Origin: an uncultured Cloacibacterium sp.
GTDB taxonomy: Bacteria; Bacteroidota; Bacteroidia; Flavobacteriales; Weeksellaceae
Length of the DNA: 64,000 bases
NCBI GenBank assembly: GCA_964530915.1
Contig: CAZHCK010000001.1
Location: forward strand, 4,012 to 68,011
Direction: 5' to 3'
The notes under the pieces: generated by a model
Told to the model about the DNA's origin: nothing
The model's input: only the letters and a program-made list of their open reading frames with translations
Database searches by the model: none
Translations under genes and position numbers: made by a program
Part shown: piece by piece, positions 8,033 through 19,028 of the stretch
Layout: each line of letters begins with the position of its first letter
How positions within the stretch are numbered: position 1 is the first letter of the stretch

Positions 8033-9703
8033 ATGAATATCATTCCCGAAAATCTAAAAAAATACCAGAAATTCATTTCTTTGGTACTCAAATATAGAAA
8101 CAGCGATATTTTATCGGCTGCTTCAGACAAAGCGCTTGATGAATTGGCAGAAGACCAAGAACTTTCTGAAGAATCTAATCGCTATACTTCGCCAGAAGAA
8201 TTGGTAGAAGACCTTAAAAATATGGGGCCGACTTATGTAAAAATCGGGCAAACCCTTTCTACAAGACCAGATTTATTGCCAGAACCTTATTTATTGGCAT
8301 TGGCTTCTCTACAAGATGATGTAGAGGAAATTCCGTATTCTAAAATTCAAAAAATGGTGGAAGAGGAATTGGGAACGAAAATATCCAAAGCTTTTTTGAG
8401 TTTTGACACCCAACCTTTGGCTTCGGCAAGTATTGGGCAGGTTCACAAAGCAGTTTTGCGCTCTGGAAAAGAAGTAGCGGTGAAAATTCAAAGACCGGGA
8501 ATTCGTAAAAACTTCATCGAAGATTTAGACACTTTGAAAGAATTATCAGATCTTGCTGTAAAACATTCTAAAATTGCCAAAAAATACGGAATAGACGATG
8601 TTCTAGATGAGATGAGACACATCCTTATTCACGAGTTGGATTATAGTAGAGAAGCTCAAAATCTGATTGCTCTGGGCAAAAATCTAGAAAAATTTGAGCA
8701 TATTGTGATTCCTCAACCTGTTTTAGACTACTCTACTTCTAAAATTCTGACAATGGATTTTGTAGAAGGTCAAAAAATCACTTCCGTTCATGGAATTCAA
8801 AAAACGGAAACCGATTTTTCGGTGCTCATTGATGAATTGGTAGAAGCTTATCTTCAACAGATTATTTTTGATGGTTTTGCACATGCAGATCCGCATCCTG
8901 GAAATGTACACCTAACCAAAGACCGAAAAATTGCTTTGATGGATTTAGGAATGGTGGCGAAATTCAGTCCGAATTTGCAAGAACAAATCTTGAAATTGCT
9001 CATTGCCATTAGCAAATACAATGGCGAAGAAGTTTCTAAAATACTTCTAGAAATTAGTCAAGATGAAAAAAACGCAGATATTATCGGTTTCAAAAAAGAA
9101 ATCAACCGAATCGTTCTAGATTCTCAGAACAGAAATGCCGCAGAAATGCAAACGGGGAAAATGCTCATCAGAATGAATAAAATTGCCGCAGAAAAAGGAA
9201 TCAGAATTGCGGTAGAACTGAATATTCTTGGTAAAATTTTATTGAATTTAGACCAAATCGTAGCCGTTCTCGCTCCTCAATATGATTTGGCTGAAAGTAT
9301 GAAGCAGATTTTGGAGAAAATGATGGTCAAAAAAATGGCTCACGAAGCCCAACCAGAAAATTTCTTTGCTCAATTGATAGAAACCAAAAAATTAGCCGAA
9401 AATCTTCCGGAAAGACTCAATAAAATCACCGAAAACTTAGCTCAGAATCAGTTTGAGCTCAAAATAGATGCTTTAGACGAAGAACGATTTACCGATGCCT
9501 TCCAAAAAGTAGCCAATAGAATTTCTATTGCACTCATTATTGCTGCATTAATCATTGGCTCATCTCTATTGATGAGGGTTCCTAATTTTCAAATTTTTGG
9601 AATTTCGATAGCGATGTTTTTCTTCATCATTGCATCGGTTTTTGGATTATGGCTCGCTTATAAAATGGTCATGAAAGACGAAGATTTTAAAAGGAAAAAA
9701 TAA
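8033..9703 (+). CDS. ABC1/UbiB/AarF family atypical kinase
   Basis: MGPTYVKIGQ, ASASIGQVH, VAVKIQRPG, HADPHPGN, DLGM; C-terminal TM helices. Confidence 0.9.
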   Translation: MNIIPENLKKYQKFISLVLKYRNSDILSAASDKALDELAEDQELSEESNRYTSPEELVEDLKNMGPTYVKIGQTLSTRPDLLPEPYLLALASLQDDVEEIPYSKIQKMVEEELGTKISKAFLSFDTQPLASASIGQVHKAVLRSGKEVAVKIQRPGIRKNFIEDLDTLKELSDLAVKHSKIAKKYGIDDVLDEMRHILIHELDYSREAQNLIALGKNLEKFEHIVIPQPVLDYSTSKILTMDFVEGQKITSVHGIQKTETDFSVLIDELVEAYLQQIIFDGFAHADPHPGNVHLTKDRKIALMDLGMVAKFSPNLQEQILKLLIAISKYNGEEVSKILLEISQDEKNADIIGFKKEINRIVLDSQNRNAAEMQTGKMLIRMNKIAAEKGIRIAVELNILGKILLNLDQIVAVLAPQYDLAESMKQILEKMMVKKMAHEAQPENFFAQLIETKKLAENLPERLNKITENLAQNQFELKIDALDEERFTDAFQKVANRISIALIIAALIIGSSLLMRVPNFQIFGISIAMFFFIIASVFGLWLAYKMVMKDEDFKRKK

Positions 9704-9850
9704 TCACCAAAAAAACAAGTCGCAAAATAAAAAGTTTTCCGCTGTCATAAAAAATGACCGCGGTTTTTGTTTGTTATCAAATAATTAACAGGAATTTTAA
9801 GGATAAATCAAGAAATTTCAGTAAATTTGATAGAAGCTTAAATGTTTATT

Positions 9851-10630
9851 ATGAAAGTTTTTTATCAAATAGTACAATCTTTAAAAAACTTCATCGTAGA
9901 GATAGGCGAAATGAGCTATTTCAGCATAAGATTTTTAAAAGAATTTTATAAAAAACCTTATGAATTTCAAGAATTCCTGAAACAATGTTACAGCATTGGT
10001 AACCGCTCACTTTTTCTAGTTTCTGTTACGGGATTTATCATCGGTTTAGTATTCACGTTACAAACCCGTCCTACTTTAATGGAATTTGGGGCTGTTTCTT
10101 GGATGCCTTCTATGGTGAGTATTTCCATTATTAGAGAAATTGGGCCGATTATTACTGGGCTGATTTGTGCAGGGAAAATAGGCTCTGGAATAGGTGCAGA
10201 AATAGGTTCTATGCGTGTAACCGAACAAATAGACGCTATGGAAGTTTCGGGAACCAATCCTTTTAAATATTTGGTAGTAACTAGAATTCTTGCGACGACT
10301 GCTATGTTACCAATTTTGGTTTTTTACAGTGATTTCATCGCAATTTTCGGGTCTTATTTGGTAGAAAATTTAAAAGGTGATGTTTCTTTTTTACAATATT
10401 TCAATCAAGTTTTTGACAATATAGAATTTAGTGATTTGCTTCCTGCAACCATCAAGACTTTTTTCTTTGGTTTTGCCATAGGAATGGTAGGTTGTTTCAA
10501 AGGATACCAATGTAAATCAGGAACACGAGGTGTAGGAATTGCCGCCAATTCTGCGGTAGTTTACTCCTCTATGTTATTGTTTGTTATCGATTTTATCGCT
10601 GTATTGATTACCAATATTTTTATAGAATAA
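9851..10630 (+). CDS. mlaE: MlaE family ABC permease
   Basis: REIGPIITGLICAGKIGSGIGAEIGSMRVTEQIDAMEV. Confidence 0.9.
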   Translation: MKVFYQIVQSLKNFIVEIGEMSYFSIRFLKEFYKKPYEFQEFLKQCYSIGNRSLFLVSVTGFIIGLVFTLQTRPTLMEFGAVSWMPSMVSISIIREIGPIITGLICAGKIGSGIGAEIGSMRVTEQIDAMEVSGTNPFKYLVVTRILATTAMLPILVFYSDFIAIFGSYLVENLKGDVSFLQYFNQVFDNIEFSDLLPATIKTFFFGFAIGMVGCFKGYQCKSGTRGVGIAANSAVVYSSMLLFVIDFIAVLITNIFIE

Positions 10631-10631
10631 G

Positions 10632-11381
10632 ATGAATCCTAATGCTGCACATGAACCGATTATCAAAATTGAAAATCTCTATAAAAAATATGGAGACAAC
10701 GTAGTTTTGGACGGATTTAACCTTAATCTCTATCAAGGTGAAAATCTAGTGATTATGGGAAAATCTGGTTCTGGAAAATCGGTGATGATAAAATGTTTGA
10801 TTGGCTTAGAAATTCCTGACAGTGGCAGTATAGAAATTATGAGCCAAAAATTAGAGCATCTTTCTCTAAAAGATTTAGATGAAATAAGAGCCGACATTGG
10901 ATTTTTATTTCAAGGAAGTGCACTTTATGATTCTATGACGGTGAGAGAAAATCTAGAATTTCCGCTCAGAAGACATATTTCAAAGTTTGGAAATGTAAAA
11001 GATACTTTGCCTTTGGTAGAAGAAGCGCTGCAAAATGTAGGACTCAAAAATGTAATTGATTTAATGCCGAATGAACTTTCCGGTGGTATGAAAAGAAGAG
11101 TTGCTCTTGCCAGAACGCTTATTCTAAAACCGAAAATTATCATTTATGATGAACCCACCACTGGTTTAGATCCAATTACTTCAAAAGAAATTATCTTGCT
11201 CATGAAATCGGTGCAAGAAAAATATAAAACCTCATCTATCATCATTACCCATGATGTAGACTGTGCTAGAGTTATTGCTAATAGAATGATTTTACTGATT
11301 GACGGAAAAAATTATGCAGAAGGAACATTTGGCGAACTTTCCACTTCACAAGACCCAAAAGTAAAAGCATTTTTTAAATAA
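10632..11381 (+). CDS. mlaF: MlaF family ABC ATP-binding protein
   Basis: GKSGSGKS, FQGSALYDS, LSGGMKRRV, YDEPTTGLDP. Confidence 0.9.
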   Translation: MNPNAAHEPIIKIENLYKKYGDNVVLDGFNLNLYQGENLVIMGKSGSGKSVMIKCLIGLEIPDSGSIEIMSQKLEHLSLKDLDEIRADIGFLFQGSALYDSMTVRENLEFPLRRHISKFGNVKDTLPLVEEALQNVGLKNVIDLMPNELSGGMKRRVALARTLILKPKIIIYDEPTTGLDPITSKEIILLMKSVQEKYKTSSIIITHDVDCARVIANRMILLIDGKNYAEGTFGELSTSQDPKVKAFFK

Positions 11382-11394
11382 GTTTTTTAAAAAC

Positions 11395-12399
11395 ATGGAA
11401 AAATCAGTTGCTCAAAAATTAAGACTCGGAATATTTGTTATCCTCGGAACCATCATTTTTATTATGGCTGTTTATTTTATTGGAAACAGACAGCAATTTT
11501 TTGGTAAAACCGAAACCTTAAAAGCACATTTCGAAAATGTAAATGGCTTGCAAGAAGGAAATAATGTCCGTTTTTCTGGAATTAATGTGGGCTATGTTAA
11601 GAAAATAGAAATCATCAACGATACGCTCATTAATGTAGAAATGAATATTGATAAAAGCGCGATGCAATTCATCAAAAAGAATGCAGTGGCAAGTATTGCT
11701 TCTGATGGTTTGGTAGGAAATATGATTGTCAATATCACACCGAACTCAGAAAATGCTGCTCTTGCAAAATCTGGTGACATTCTAAAAGCCGAAGAAAGAC
11801 TTACTACTGAAGATTTGCTCAAAACCCTTAATAAAACCAATAACAATGCTGAACAAATTACGGCTAATATTCTAGAAGTTTCTGAAAAAATCAATAACGG
11901 AACAGGAACGCTAAGTATGTTACTGAATGACAAAACCTTAAGTCAAGATTTGAAATATGGAATCTCTGACCTTAAAAATAGCATTGCCAACATTAAGAAA
12001 ACCAGCTACGAAACAACTAAAACGATTAATGAAGTGAATAAAATTCTTGCAGGAATTAATGATAAAGAAAACATCGTTGCGGTGCTTAAAGATTCTGCTG
12101 TGGCCAATAAAATGCGAAGAGCACTTACTCATCTCGATGAATCTTCTCAAAATATCAATAAAACCGTAGTTAATCTAAACGAAACCATAAGCAATGCTAA
12201 AAACGGAAAAGGTGCCATCAATTACCTTTCTAACGATGTAAATTTGGTAAAAAACATAGATTCTACAATGAATAATCTGAACCAGGCTAGTGTTTTACTG
12301 AACCAAAATCTGGAAGCGCTGAAACATAATATTTTCTTCAGAGGTTATTTTAAAAAATTGGAAAAGGAGAAACAAAAAGCTCAGAAAAACCAAAAATAA
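11395..12399 (+). CDS. mlaD: MlaD/MCE family protein
   Basis: N-terminal TM, NVNGLQEGNNVRFSGINVGYV MCE signature, coiled-coil tail. Confidence 0.88.
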   Translation: MEKSVAQKLRLGIFVILGTIIFIMAVYFIGNRQQFFGKTETLKAHFENVNGLQEGNNVRFSGINVGYVKKIEIINDTLINVEMNIDKSAMQFIKKNAVASIASDGLVGNMIVNITPNSENAALAKSGDILKAEERLTTEDLLKTLNKTNNNAEQITANILEVSEKINNGTGTLSMLLNDKTLSQDLKYGISDLKNSIANIKKTSYETTKTINEVNKILAGINDKENIVAVLKDSAVANKMRRALTHLDESSQNINKTVVNLNETISNAKNGKGAINYLSNDVNLVKNIDSTMNNLNQASVLLNQNLEALKHNIFFRGYFKKLEKEKQKAQKNQK

Positions 12400-13047
12400 T
12401 TACTCACTGAAAACTTCTTCTAAAATTTTAGAAACTTCCTTGGCTTTAGTTACTGGGAAAAGATGTGTTCCGCCTTTTATCACATAATTAGGTTTAGAAT
12501 TTTTTACAGGAAAAACAATGTCTTTATCTGCTAAAATTTGGATAACGTTTTTATCCTCTTCATGTTTCCATTCTAAGATTTTATTGATACTCCATTTCAA
12601 ATATGTAGGATTTTGCACCTTGAAATATTGCCAAAGTTTAGGATTATTTGGGTCAAATAATTTTCTGAAAAAGGCATAAGATTTTATCGTTTTTTCGGAG
12701 AAATAGCTTTCGGGAAGTTTCGCAAAAATTCTAGAGCTTTTTGCCAAATGGAAGGTAATAGACATTTCTTTATCAGATTTTATACTTCCCAGAATGACTA
12801 CTTTTTCTGCGGGTTTCAGTTTATGAATTTCTTGCACCATAATTCCGCCAAAAGAATAACCCAATAGACAGAATTTTTCGCTTACATCTACTTTTTCGGC
12901 CATTCTATTGACATAGTTTTCGAAACTTTCATTGTAATTAGGAATTAACCAATCGATGTAGATGATTTCGGTAAATTTTTTAGGAAACTGAATGTATTCA
13001 AAAATACTTCCATCTGCTCCCAATCCACTGATGACATATAATTTCAT
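12400..13047 (-). CDS. Alpha/beta hydrolase
   Basis: SGLGAD and GYSFGG nucleophile elbow, GGTH. Confidence 0.8.
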   Translation of the reverse strand: MKLYVISGLGADGSIFEYIQFPKKFTEIIYIDWLIPNYNESFENYVNRMAEKVDVSEKFCLLGYSFGGIMVQEIHKLKPAEKVVILGSIKSDKEMSITFHLAKSSRIFAKLPESYFSEKTIKSYAFFRKLFDPNNPKLWQYFKVQNPTYLKWSINKILEWKHEEDKNVIQILADKDIVFPVKNSKPNYVIKGGTHLFPVTKAKEVSKILEEVFSE

Positions 13048-13148
13048 GCGATTATTAGCTTAGTAATTCTGTATAAATTTACAGATTAAAAACAAAAAAT
13101 CCTAAAGAAATTTTCTTTAGGATTCTCTAAAAACACAATTGAAAAAAA

Positions 13149-13712
13149 CTATTTCGCTGTTAGTTTAACAACCAAATCTATATCGTCTTTTACTACTACA
13201 TCTTGCATAGTAGATTTATAAGCTATGTCCCATTTTTGTCTGTCGATAGTAAATTTATCAGATTCTAAAGTTACCACGCCGTTTTTAACTGAAATTTTAG
13301 CAGGGAAAGAAACTGCATTAGTTTTTCCTTTAGCAGTAAGATTTCCTGTAACGATGCTTTTACCATTAGCTCCTTTTTTCACTGAAGTGATTTTGAAAGT
13401 AGCAGTAGGATATTTATCAACTTCGAAGAAATCGCCATTTTTAAGGTGACCGTTTAATTTTTGTTGATACTCACCTTGTAAATCAGTAGCGTTAATAGAA
13501 GTCATATCTAATACAAAAGTACCTCCAACTAGAGCGTTTTTCTTTAAAACTACAGTTCCGTTTTTCACGTTTACAGTTCCATCGTGAGAAGACGCTTCAG
13601 TTTTAGCGATTTTATAACCCCACCAGTGAACGTCAGAAGAAACTACTTTTTTAGCTTGTCCGAAAGCTAACCCTGATACCAATACTAATGATAATGCAAT
13701 TTTTTTAATCAT
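13149..13712 (-). CDS. YceI family protein
   Basis: Signal peptide; HDGTV, LNGHLKNGDFFEVDKYPTATF, GNLTAKG, IDRQKWDI. Confidence 0.88.
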   Translation of the reverse strand: MIKKIALSLVLVSGLAFGQAKKVVSSDVHWWGYKIAKTEASSHDGTVNVKNGTVVLKKNALVGGTFVLDMTSINATDLQGEYQQKLNGHLKNGDFFEVDKYPTATFKITSVKKGANGKSIVTGNLTAKGKTNAVSFPAKISVKNGVVTLESDKFTIDRQKWDIAYKSTMQDVVVKDDIDLVVKLTAK

Positions 13713-13817
13713 AATCTTTTTATTTTTTTAATGAGACAAACGTAGTCTTATTCCTGATACGAAGTCATTGATGTATGTTAAGAAATTTCAATTTCTATAT
13801 TTAATTTCTTCTATCAA

Positions 13818-13851
13818 TAAAAAACTTCGCTTGAATGGCTCAAGCGAAGTC
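13818..13851 (-). terminator. Rho-independent terminator with no annotated gene directly upstream
   Basis: aaaaaacttcgcttgaatggctcaagcgaagt: 11-bp stem, U tract on the minus strand. Confidence 0.65.
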
Positions 13852-14086
13852 TAACATAAAAACTTAAAAATTATGAAAATAGTTATAAAATTGAGACTTC
13901 AAAGAAAGCCGTATACATTTTATAAGTTATTATCTTTCATTTCATAAAGTTACAGTTTTTATCTGAAATATTCAAATAATAAACATCTGAGTTTTATCAC
14001 TAAAAAGCTCCCGAAAGTTAAAATAACATCTCGAGAGCTAAAAAATTAAATAATTGAGAAAACTGATTTATGTTGAAACTATAGTG

Positions 14087-14212
14087 TTATAGCGTAGATT
14101 TTACTTGCGGTTTAGATTTCTTGTTCAAGAATCTATTCATCAAATAATTAATAGCAATCGGAGCTACATAAGCTAAAATCGCAGTGAATATTTTTGATCT
14201 TACCTTTTTCAT
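14087..14212 (-). CDS. Small protein, 41 aa (MKKVRSKIFTAILAYVAPIAINYLMNRFLNKKSKPQVKSTL)
   Basis: A-rich start context, hydrophobic core with basic flanks, followed by a terminator-like hairpin at about 14003-14045. Confidence 0.55.
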   Translation of the reverse strand: MKKVRSKIFTAILAYVAPIAINYLMNRFLNKKSKPQVKSTL

Positions 14213-14371
14213 AATTTTGTTTTTATATTTTGTGATTGGTGCTTTTTGTTGATACAAAGATTCTACAAATCCATGAAAAATATTTTATAGAATTTCCATA
14301 AATATTTACAGAATTTCACAAAAAAACCGACTTTATAAAAAGTCGGTTTGTTATTTTATATGGTCTAAAGA

Positions 14372-16048
14372 TTAACTTAATCCAGTAATGACACCATCTT
14401 TGTCTATATTCATTCCTTCTGCTGCTGGAATACTTGGCAAACCAGGCATTCTCATCATATCTCCTAAAATTGGGATAATGAATCCTGCTCCTGCTGCAAA
14501 TTCAAATTCACGAACAGTCACTTTGAAACCAGTTGGTCTTCCGATTTTTTTCTCATCATCAGTTAAAGATTTTTGAGTTTTTGCCATACAAATCGGTAGC
14601 TTATCCAGTCCAAGTTCATAAATGGATTTTAATTGATTTTTAGCTTTCTGAGAAAATACAGCGCTGTCTGCTCCATAAACTTCTTTGGCAATTGTTTCGA
14701 TTTTGTGCTCCACAGAATCTTCTACACTATATAAAGGTTTAAAATTATTACCGCAGTTAAATGCACAACTAGCTACTTCTTCTGCAAGTGCTTTCATGCC
14801 TTCTCCACCCATCGTAAATTCATCTGCGAGAATGGCTTTCACTCCTAATTTTTCACATTCTGCTTTTACAAAATTGATTTCTTCTTCTGAATCTGTTGCA
14901 AAATGATTAATCGCTACAATTGGTTTTAATTGCCATTTAAATCCGTTTTCGATATGTTTTTTAAGGTTTTCAATTCCTTTTTCTACTGCTGCAAGATTCG
15001 GTTTTTCGTATTCGCCTTTTTTAGCACCACCGTGATATCTTAAAGCTCTAATGGTAGCCACCAAAACATAAGCATCTGGTTTTAAATTTCCATAATATCC
15101 TTTGATGTGCATGAATTTTTCTGCTCCCAAATCTGCTCCAAAACCTGCTTCTGTTACCACAAAATCTGCTAAAGAAAGTCCCATTTTAGTAGCGATAATC
15201 GTGTTGGTTCCTTGCGCAATATTCGCGAAAGGACCACCATGAAGAATCGCTGGATTTCCTTCTAAAGTCTGTACTAAATTCGGACGAATAGCGTCTTTTA
15301 ATAAAATCGCCATCGCTCCTTGAGCATTTAAATCTCTGGCGTAAATTGGTTTTTTATCAAAAGTATAGCCTACAAAAATATTTCCTAATCTGTTTTTTAA
15401 ATCCTCGAAATCTTTAGAAAGACAAAGAATCGCCATCACTTCTGATGCTGGTGTAATATTGAAACCTTCTTCACGCGTAATTCCATTATTAGAACCGCCC
15501 AAACCTACTACAATATGACGAAGACTTCTATCGTTCATATCCATTACACGTTTCCAAACGATGGTTCTAGGGTCTATATTTAGGCTTCTTTTTTTATCTT
15601 GAAGATTATTATCAATGAGTGCAGAAAGTAAATTATTGGCTTTTTCTACCGCCGAAAAATCTCCTGTAAAATGCAGATTAATATCTACCATCGGAATAAC
15701 TTGTGCGTAACCACCACCTGCTGCTCCACCTTTTATCCCGAAAACCGGACCTAAACTTGGCTCACGTAAAACTGCGATGGCTTTTTTACCGATTTTGTTC
15801 AATCCGTCACACAAACCTACAGAAACAGTGGTTTTTCCTTCACCAGCTGGAGTGGGATTTATCGCTGAAACCAAAATCAGTTTAGATTTTTTAATATTTT
15901 CTTCGTTGATGTATTTTAAAGGAATTTTCGCTTTGTATTTCCCGTAATACTCTAAATCTTCTCGGTCTATACCGATTTTGTCTGCAATTTCTCTAATATG
16001 TTTAATATCTGCCGATTGCGCTATTTCTAAGTCTGTAGGAAAGCTCAT
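14372..16048 (-). CDS. fhs: Formate--tetrahydrofolate ligase
   Basis: AINPTPAGEGKTT, GIKGGAAGGGY, LHFTGD, HGGPFANIA, VTEAGFGADLG, CMAKTQ, MRMPGLP. Confidence 0.97.
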   Translation of the reverse strand: MSFPTDLEIAQSADIKHIREIADKIGIDREDLEYYGKYKAKIPLKYINEENIKKSKLILVSAINPTPAGEGKTTVSVGLCDGLNKIGKKAIAVLREPSLGPVFGIKGGAAGGGYAQVIPMVDINLHFTGDFSAVEKANNLLSALIDNNLQDKKRSLNIDPRTIVWKRVMDMNDRSLRHIVVGLGGSNNGITREEGFNITPASEVMAILCLSKDFEDLKNRLGNIFVGYTFDKKPIYARDLNAQGAMAILLKDAIRPNLVQTLEGNPAILHGGPFANIAQGTNTIIATKMGLSLADFVVTEAGFGADLGAEKFMHIKGYYGNLKPDAYVLVATIRALRYHGGAKKGEYEKPNLAAVEKGIENLKKHIENGFKWQLKPIVAINHFATDSEEEINFVKAECEKLGVKAILADEFTMGGEGMKALAEEVASCAFNCGNNFKPLYSVEDSVEHKIETIAKEVYGADSAVFSQKAKNQLKSIYELGLDKLPICMAKTQKSLTDDEKKIGRPTGFKVTVREFEFAAGAGFIIPILGDMMRMPGLPSIPAAEGMNIDKDGVITGLS

Positions 16049-16329
16049 AATATTTTAATTTGTTTATTCTCAAAAATACAAGAATTTGACTAAACCATGA
16101 AAATTTTACGCTTGAGATTTATCAGCCACCAAAAAATGAGAATATTTTTTATGTTTTGAGAGATTTAACTAAATAATATCAGTACAATCTAAATAAAAAT
16201 GACAATCTATGAATACACTCCGAAAAACATTTTTAGATTTTTCTAAAAAATTTCTCAAAAAATCACACAAAAGTGTAATTGAATCGCAAAATAGATACCC
16301 CTATTTTTGAACATCTAAAAAGTAAAAAC

Positions 16330-16404
16330 ATGAGAACTATAAAACTACGATTTAAAAAATTTCTCCATAGACTTTTAGAATATTATAGCGTGAAGGAAAC
16401 GTGA
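16330..16404 (+). CDS. Candidate small protein, 24 aa (MRTIKLRFKKFLHRLLEYYSVKET)
   Basis: TATTTTTG -7 element at 16302-16309, A-rich leader, hairpin gctca-tttt-tgagc just after the stop. Confidence 0.4.
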   Translation: MRTIKLRFKKFLHRLLEYYSVKET

Positions 16405-16427
16405 GATAAAGCTCATTTTTGAGCGGT

Positions 16428-17423
16428 TTATTCTTCATAATTTTTATATGCAATTCTAAGTTTATGCATTATTCTCTTCCTTAACTTAGTAGGTTGAATA
16501 ATTTTAATAGATTCTCCAAAGCCTAATATCACTCTTTCTAATTCAAAATTAATTTGAACAGAGATTTTAAAAACCGTTCCATCTTCTAATTCTTCAATTA
16601 TTTCTTGAGTATGATGAAAAGGTTTTGTTTTTACATATGGAGCATTATTTTTATCAATCCAAAAAATCACATTCATGGGTCTATTCCTTTGAGAAACAGT
16701 AACACCAATTACTTCCTTAAAAAAATGGTCTCCATCAATATTTTTATCGATATACTCTGCATTAATTTTCTCAATACTAATAACTCTATCTAAAGCTAAA
16801 GTAAGATAAGTCATTTCCTCCCATGCAATTAAAAACCATCTGTTATTATATTCTTTCAAAAGTTGAGGATGAATGATATAGTAATTTGTTTCTCTAGCTT
16901 TAAAAGATTTATATTCGATTTTTAAAACATTTTTATTGAGGATAGCATCGTATAAAGTGTCTATAAATTCCAAGCCTTTTAATCTCTCATTTTTGTCTAA
17001 ATGAATAATGGCTTTTTGTTTTGAAGCATAAACAGAATCTTCTAATTTTTGAATTATGCCATTCATTTCCTTAAAAATAGAAAAATCTTTAAATTGTTTT
17101 AAAATTTGTACCGCATCATTCATTACTTTAATATCATTCTCATTTACTGGAATATTCTTAATGCTAAAATCAGGCTCAGAATACTTATAAAATTTTTTTT
17201 GAAAAACTTCAATAGGTGCATTATAACCCAGCTTTTCGCTGCGCATATTCTGAATATCTAACTGAACTGTTCTTTTACTCACTAAATCGTATTTCCCCTC
17301 GTATTCATACAAAGCATCAGAACAAGCGTCTATTAAATCTTCTAAAGTCCAGAGTTTAGTTCTATTTCTTAAGCAATTATCAATGGTTTTATAACGAATT
17401 AAAGCGTTTTTGTTTGAGGACAT
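16428..17423 (-). CDS. WYL-domain transcriptional regulator (HTH-WYL-WCX, PafC-like)
   Basis: MSSNKNALIRYKTIDNCL N-terminus, SKRTVQLDIQNMR HTH, HPQLLKEYNNRWFL, LALDRV, ILGFGESIKIIQP. The start is probably the internal ATG. Confidence 0.92.
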   Translation of the reverse strand: MSSNKNALIRYKTIDNCLRNRTKLWTLEDLIDACSDALYEYEGKYDLVSKRTVQLDIQNMRSEKLGYNAPIEVFQKKFYKYSEPDFSIKNIPVNENDIKVMNDAVQILKQFKDFSIFKEMNGIIQKLEDSVYASKQKAIIHLDKNERLKGLEFIDTLYDAILNKNVLKIEYKSFKARETNYYIIHPQLLKEYNNRWFLIAWEEMTYLTLALDRVISIEKINAEYIDKNIDGDHFFKEVIGVTVSQRNRPMNVIFWIDKNNAPYVKTKPFHHTQEIIEELEDGTVFKISVQINFELERVILGFGESIKIIQPTKLRKRIMHKLRIAYKNYEE

Positions 17424-17446
17424 CTTAAAAATTTTAATAAAATTAA

Positions 17447-18895
<1,449 letters not shown>

Positions 18896-18924
18896 AATTT
18901 TTTAAAAAAATTAAGATTAATATT

Positions 18925-19024
18925 GGCGCAGTAGCTCAGATGGTAGAGCAACGAATCACTTTTCGCTTTTGGCAAAAAAAGTTCCTAAATAAGTGTGTCA
19001 CAGGTTCGAGTCCTGTCTGCGTCT
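18925..19024 (+). ncRNA. tRNA-like (YrlA/Y-RNA-like) ncRNA with intact acceptor, D and T arms and a 49-nt replacement of the anticodon/variable region
   Basis: Acceptor GGCGCAG/CUGCGUC, U8A9, D arm GCUC-AGAUGGUA-GAGC, T arm ACAGG-UUCGAGU-CCUGU. No 5-bp stem with 7-nt anticodon loop. No encoded CCA. Confidence 0.8.
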
Positions 19025-19028
19025 TTTT

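Noticed and set aside
16049-16200. Riboswitch upstream of fhs (THF or ZTP type)
   Set aside because: The -7 promoter element lies about 25 nt from the start codon, leaving no room, and no aptamer consensus is visible.
16330-16344. atgagaactataaaa shared with the CBS gene start region (48696)
   Set aside because: A 15-nt A-rich match with no flanking similarity; compatible with chance.
18925-19024. Calling this an ordinary tRNA or a tRNA with a group I intron
   Set aside because: There is no valid anticodon loop, and the 49-nt insert is far too short for a self-splicing intron. It is reported as a tRNA-like ncRNA instead.
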